A stretch of DNA of 19,369 nt from Planctomycetota bacterium (GTDB lineage: Bacteria; Planctomycetota; UBA1135). The stretch spans positions 1-19,369 of the forward strand of contig JASFYO010000084.1 of the NCBI GenBank assembly GCA_045047305.1. The letters are read 5' to 3'. Positions 15,681 through 19,369 of this stretch are shown here, in pieces (within the stretch, counting starts at the first letter, position 1; each line of letters opens with the position of its first letter). The notes below the pieces were generated by a model that saw nothing but the letters and a program-made list of their open reading frames with translations, did not search any database and was not told the DNA's origin. The position numbers and the translations under genes are program-made.

Positions 15681-17885
15681 TTTCTTAAACTGTGCCTTTA
15701 TTTCGCCACTAGTCATGTCGAAATCGATAAATCGTACCCGCCAATAGAGAGTTCGGCTGCCATCTGCGTGGTAGTCGATAAAGCAGGATCCGGTCCAACC
15801 AAGCGGGGCTTCGGTGTCTTCTAACGGCTTGACGGCATCGACTTTACTGCGCGTATGCACTTCCACGGTATAGAGCAGAGCTTCTTGATTGCGCTTCTCA
15901 GGGTCATACCAAGTGCTCTCGACTCCAACTCCAGCGCCGCGCCAGGAATAGAGTTTTGAAAACTTGCAGCCCCATTCTTCAAGAGGCGCATAAGCGGTGC
16001 GAATCCATGACTCGGGTGAAAAGACAGTGACTCTTTTGCCGTTGATTTCGCTGTGTGCGGAAGCAGAGGGGTGAGTGCTTTGCAGGTGCAACTGCAAGGC
16101 TGGATCACCCAATACAGCATGGTTGTAATACTGATAAAAATAGGCGCCGCCTTGGCTTTGGTCTTTTTCCAAAACGGCTACCAAAGTGCGATTGAGGGCC
16201 TTTCTCTGCGCTTCTCCCAGGGTGCTGCCGCTAAGTAGGGCATTCCAGATTTCGCTACGAAACAAATCCTGCTCGGCAATGCCGCGCCGGGTGTTGCCGA
16301 CGAAGGCCACGGCACCGTTACGTAAAAGTTGTGCCGCAACAGAACGGTGCTCCACATCTTGGTCTAAGGAGGCCGTACTGCATCCAGCGGTTTCGACGAT
16401 GGCAGGAGCCAACAAGGTCGACGTATTCCAAGCATAGGTTTGCCCCATCACCGTCCACATGGCGTGGGAGCCATGCACGATGACGCCGGCTTGAGTGAGT
16501 GGTGATGATTTCTGAATGGGGGCATCTCCAGGGTGGTGGCCGATAAATCGAAATCCAGCAGCCTCTAACGATCCGCGCCCGGAGGATTCCCATTCTGCGG
16601 TCGCAAAGCAACGCTCCCAAGAGCGGTCGGCGAAATCGTCGCGCGCAAATCCACGGCAGGCGAGCAGGGTGGCAGCGGCCATGTCGGTGGAAAGAAAACG
16701 CGCGTGGGCGAATTCTAAGAAAGGGTCGTCGTCGGTTTGTGCATAGGGGAGGTCGGAGACGAGATCGGCATCAATCCCCTGTCCGTCGGCGATGATGGCC
16801 ATGGGGATGGCTTCGGGCCAGCCGACTAGGCAAAGGTATTGCGGAGGTTGTTTGGCAGCATGGATGTAGCGTTGCAGTTCGGCTTGAATCTCAGCGGTCG
16901 TGGGCGAAGTCAGCCACAGCGCTTGACCGCGTGCAGTTTCATCGGCATCGACATCGACAGTCCAGCTTGTTTTGCCAATTTTGATGACATCGCCGGTGTG
17001 AAGCTTCTCCTTTGCCTTGCCGATTCGCGCCCACCACTTGCCGGTGGCTTCCTGTTGGCCAAGCTCGAAAGTAGTTTTCCTTTTGCCGATTTGGATGAGC
17101 CCCTTAGACGATTCAGCATCAAAGCGAAGCTTCCATCGCGTTTCCGTCGGGAGCGGAACCACGACTCCATTGCGCCCGGCGGCCAGTAAAGGTGCGCATA
17201 GTGCCAGTGCTTGATTTCTCTCGTCTCTTTGGAGTGTCGGATTGACAACGGCCAGATATTCCACTGGCAGGTTGTTTCTTCTCATCCATTGCGTGACGGC
17301 AACGGCGTCTTTCAAGCGTTTGATCACAAGCTTGCCCAACTTGGGTGCTTTGCCTTGCCCCACAAAAATCCCATGTTGGACTTTGAGTTCTTGACACCTT
17401 TGACGCACCGAGTTTGCGAACACCCCTTTTCTGCATGGGAATAGCGGCTGCTTGAGTCGCGCAGCAAGGGCCGATGCCACCAAGCCGGAGCCCACTTCCT
17501 GCGGATCGTAGAACACCACTCCTGCGCTTTGAGTCCAGGCAAGTTGGGATACGGCCAGTGCCGCATCGGTGGCGTTTTCGGCCCGCAAATTCTTAATGGA
17601 AGCCACCGCCGGGTTTTGCAAAAGCGCTTCGCTCACACCGATGCCATAAATTTGGTTTGGTGCATAGCGGGAGATGAAATCCAAAACTTCCGGCCTCCAA
17701 GGTCCTTGCTCGGAAATGGCTAGAACCATCGGCTCACCACGGCCTAAAGCACATGCGGCTGGAATGGCGGCGAGGAAGGCGTCGTCCTGCCAAGAGGCTT
17801 GCTCGCCGAGAGGTACCACAAACAGCACCCGATCCACCTTCGCAGGGGGGAGCAGCAATCCGAGTAAGAGCATCCACTTGAGCAT
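15657..17885 (-). CDS. Secreted C25 (gingipain-like) cysteine peptidase-domain protein
   Basis: YLCLVG....IP, SDLPYA, VIVHGSH (His), IVETAGCST (Cys), GAVAFVGNTR, TLGEA, VLGDPAL. Short signal peptide. Overlaps the convergent DUF3050 gene by 24 bp. Confidence 0.8.
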   Translation of the reverse strand: MLKWMLLLGLLLPPAKVDRVLFVVPLGEQASWQDDAFLAAIPAACALGRGEPMVLAISEQGPWRPEVLDFISRYAPNQIYGIGVSEALLQNPAVASIKNLRAENATDAALAVSQLAWTQSAGVVFYDPQEVGSGLVASALAARLKQPLFPCRKGVFANSVRQRCQELKVQHGIFVGQGKAPKLGKLVIKRLKDAVAVTQWMRRNNLPVEYLAVVNPTLQRDERNQALALCAPLLAAGRNGVVVPLPTETRWKLRFDAESSKGLIQIGKRKTTFELGQQEATGKWWARIGKAKEKLHTGDVIKIGKTSWTVDVDADETARGQALWLTSPTTAEIQAELQRYIHAAKQPPQYLCLVGWPEAIPMAIIADGQGIDADLVSDLPYAQTDDDPFLEFAHARFLSTDMAAATLLACRGFARDDFADRSWERCFATAEWESSGRGSLEAAGFRFIGHHPGDAPIQKSSPLTQAGVIVHGSHAMWTVMGQTYAWNTSTLLAPAIVETAGCSTASLDQDVEHRSVAAQLLRNGAVAFVGNTRRGIAEQDLFRSEIWNALLSGSTLGEAQRKALNRTLVAVLEKDQSQGGAYFYQYYNHAVLGDPALQLHLQSTHPSASAHSEINGKRVTVFSPESWIRTAYAPLEEWGCKFSKLYSWRGAGVGVESTWYDPEKRNQEALLYTVEVHTRSKVDAVKPLEDTEAPLGWTGSCFIDYHADGSRTLYWRVRFIDFDMTSGEIKAQFKKLEFRLIQ

Positions 17886-17957
17886 ATATTCATTCTAGGC
17901 GGGAAAGTACACTGCAAGCTCCCCAGGATGCGTGAAATCCTTGGGTCTACTTAGGGC

Positions 17958-18785
17958 ATGAAGAAATCCAACCAACCGCGGGCACCTTGGCGTGAAAATC
18001 TGTGGAGGGTCATTTTTCTCGCTGACACACCCAAGGGCCGTGCTTTCGATGTTGCCCTTATCGTTGCCATCTTGACGAGTGTCGGCGCCGTCATGCTGGA
18101 AAGCGTGGCGCATATCCGTGAGCAGTGGGGCGATTTACTGTGGATAGCCGAATGGGGTTTTACCCTTCTTTTTACGGCCGAGTACATCGCGCGGCTCATT
18201 TGCGCACGGCGTGCTTTCAGCTATGCCTTCAGCTTTTTTGGGGTGGTGGACCTCCTCTCCATTTTGCCCACTTATTTGGTGGTGTTCTTCCCCGGCGCGC
18301 ATTACTTCATGGTAATTCGTGTTCTGCGTATTCTCCGTGCCTTCCGCGTATTAAAACTTGCAGCGCACGTACGCGAGGCCAACGTCTTGATGCGCTCTTT
18401 GGTCGCCAGCCGACGAAAAATCACCGTCTTTCTTTTTGCGGTGTTCACCGCTACCGTGGTACTTGGTTCCTTGATGTATCTTATCGAAGGTGAAGCCAAT
18501 GGTTTCGACAGCATTCCGCGCGGAGTTTACTGGGCTGTGGTCACCCTCACTACGGTTGGATATGGCGATATCTCCCCACAAACGCCATTTGGACAATTTG
18601 TGGCCTCACTCGTCATGGTGTTGGGGTATGGCATGATTGCGGTGCCAACAGGAATCGTGACGGCTGAAATGACGGTTGCTGCGCACCGTGATGAGCGGCG
18701 TTGCGATCACTGCGGTGAGCGCGGGCATGCTGCCGAGGCCGGTTACTGCCGCACCTGTGGTGGGGCTTTGGACGCCACGACCTAA
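17958..18785 (+). CDS. 6-TM voltage-gated-type potassium channel (Ion_trans) with C-terminal Cys4 zinc-ribbon-like motif
   Basis: S4 RVLRILRAFRVLK, selectivity filter TTVGYGD, C-terminal CDHC...CRTC. Confidence 0.95.
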   Translation: MKKSNQPRAPWRENLWRVIFLADTPKGRAFDVALIVAILTSVGAVMLESVAHIREQWGDLLWIAEWGFTLLFTAEYIARLICARRAFSYAFSFFGVVDLLSILPTYLVVFFPGAHYFMVIRVLRILRAFRVLKLAAHVREANVLMRSLVASRRKITVFLFAVFTATVVLGSLMYLIEGEANGFDSIPRGVYWAVVTLTTVGYGDISPQTPFGQFVASLVMVLGYGMIAVPTGIVTAEMTVAAHRDERRCDHCGERGHAAEAGYCRTCGGALDATT

Positions 18786-19156
18786 AGCGAAACCGGAAAG
18801 GTGTAATGCCTTTCGCGTCCGTTGTAATACAGGTCTACCGCGATTTCCCATACTCCGGGTAAATGCAAGAGCATGTCTCGTGCAATCCAGCGGCCATCGG
18901 GGAGCTGCTCTATGCGAGGCTTGTCCAACAGCGCAACGCGTGTTTTGGGCTGTACCGCGGAGACTAAAACTTGCTCTAAATCCACCCCTTCAATGGACAA
19001 CAATAAGTCGAATTTAACATTCGCCTGAATGGGCTCAGGTGAAGTTTCGAATTCGATCAGCACGTTTCCATAGCCGTGCTCCGTTCTTGAAGCGGAAGAC
19101 GCGCAGGAAAGTGGCAGCAGAACCGCGACCAAAAGGGCCAGAGGGGCAAAACGCAT
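18782..19156 (-). CDS. Small lipoprotein, YtkA/FixH-like Ig fold
   Basis: Lipobox LSC. Pattern 'P.PI..N..F.L...V.A.QP...P.I....G.W....M.LH.PG.WEI.VD' resembles YtkA-like domains. Confidence 0.65.
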   Translation of the reverse strand: MRFAPLALLVAVLLPLSCASSASRTEHGYGNVLIEFETSPEPIQANVKFDLLLSIEGVDLEQVLVSAVQPKTRVALLDKPRIEQLPDGRWIARDMLLHLPGVWEIAVDLYYNGRERHYTFPVSL

Positions 19157-19369
19157 GCCCGGATTCTAAGCAAATCTTTGACCTAGAAAGTATTTTCAAA
19201 TTTCATGCATGGAGTGAGCATCGAAACTCATTGATCCTGCGAAGATTATGACGATGCAACCCACCTTGCAGAACTGGTTGACCAGGTGCTTATGAACTAA
19301 ACTAGAACTGCGAGAAGAAAGTCCAGATTTCATCATTCGCGTCAATGTCACCACGAAAGATACCGCGTT

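Noticed and set aside
18695..18765. Cys4 zinc-ribbon tail on the K+ channel as a novelty
   Set aside because: This tail is common in this bacterial ion-transporter subfamily.
19196..19369. Open minus-strand frame to the window edge and broken plus-strand fragments (…EDYDDATHLAELVDQVLM / KLELREESPDFIIRVNV…)
   Set aside because: Could be a gene end or a pseudogene, but I recognise no family and the region is truncated; flanking sequence is needed.
1..19369. CRISPR array, tRNA/rRNA, IS element, integrase or riboswitch
   Set aside because: No spaced repeats, cloverleafs, transposase motifs or recognisable riboswitch consensus seen; intergenic gaps are short. A covariance-model search was not possible.

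Overview
A gene-dense bacterial chromosomal window with about 19 CDS, mostly housekeeping and envelope genes. I found no rRNA, tRNA, CRISPR array or mobile element. The FG-GAP propeller protein, carboxypeptidase-regulatory-repeat lipoprotein and scarcity of Shine-Dalgarno sites suggest a Planctomycetota-like organism (inference only). Gene order: partial S41/CtpA protease (-, missed by the ORF track); PTPS/QueD-family + folE (+); small membrane protein (+); BzdR/BoxR-type regulator (-); 7-blade FG-GAP protein (-); repeat lipoprotein (+); a Fur-box-headed operon of porin-like barrel, FMN-binding protein and His-rich 4-TM protein (-); pdp, an unusual receiver-like/TM/HlyD-like fusion, DUF3568 lipoprotein and rsmJ (+); nadA + hypothetical (+); DUF3050 (+); C25 protease (-); K+ channel (+); YtkA/FixH-like lipoprotein (-). 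The most notable items are (1) the putative iron-regulated flavinylation/cytochrome-b/porin operon, (2) the orphan signalling-domain/membrane-fusion-protein chimera and (3) a recurring TAnnnT-6nt-ATG pattern implying leaderless transcription. All family calls come from motif recognition by eye, not database searches.
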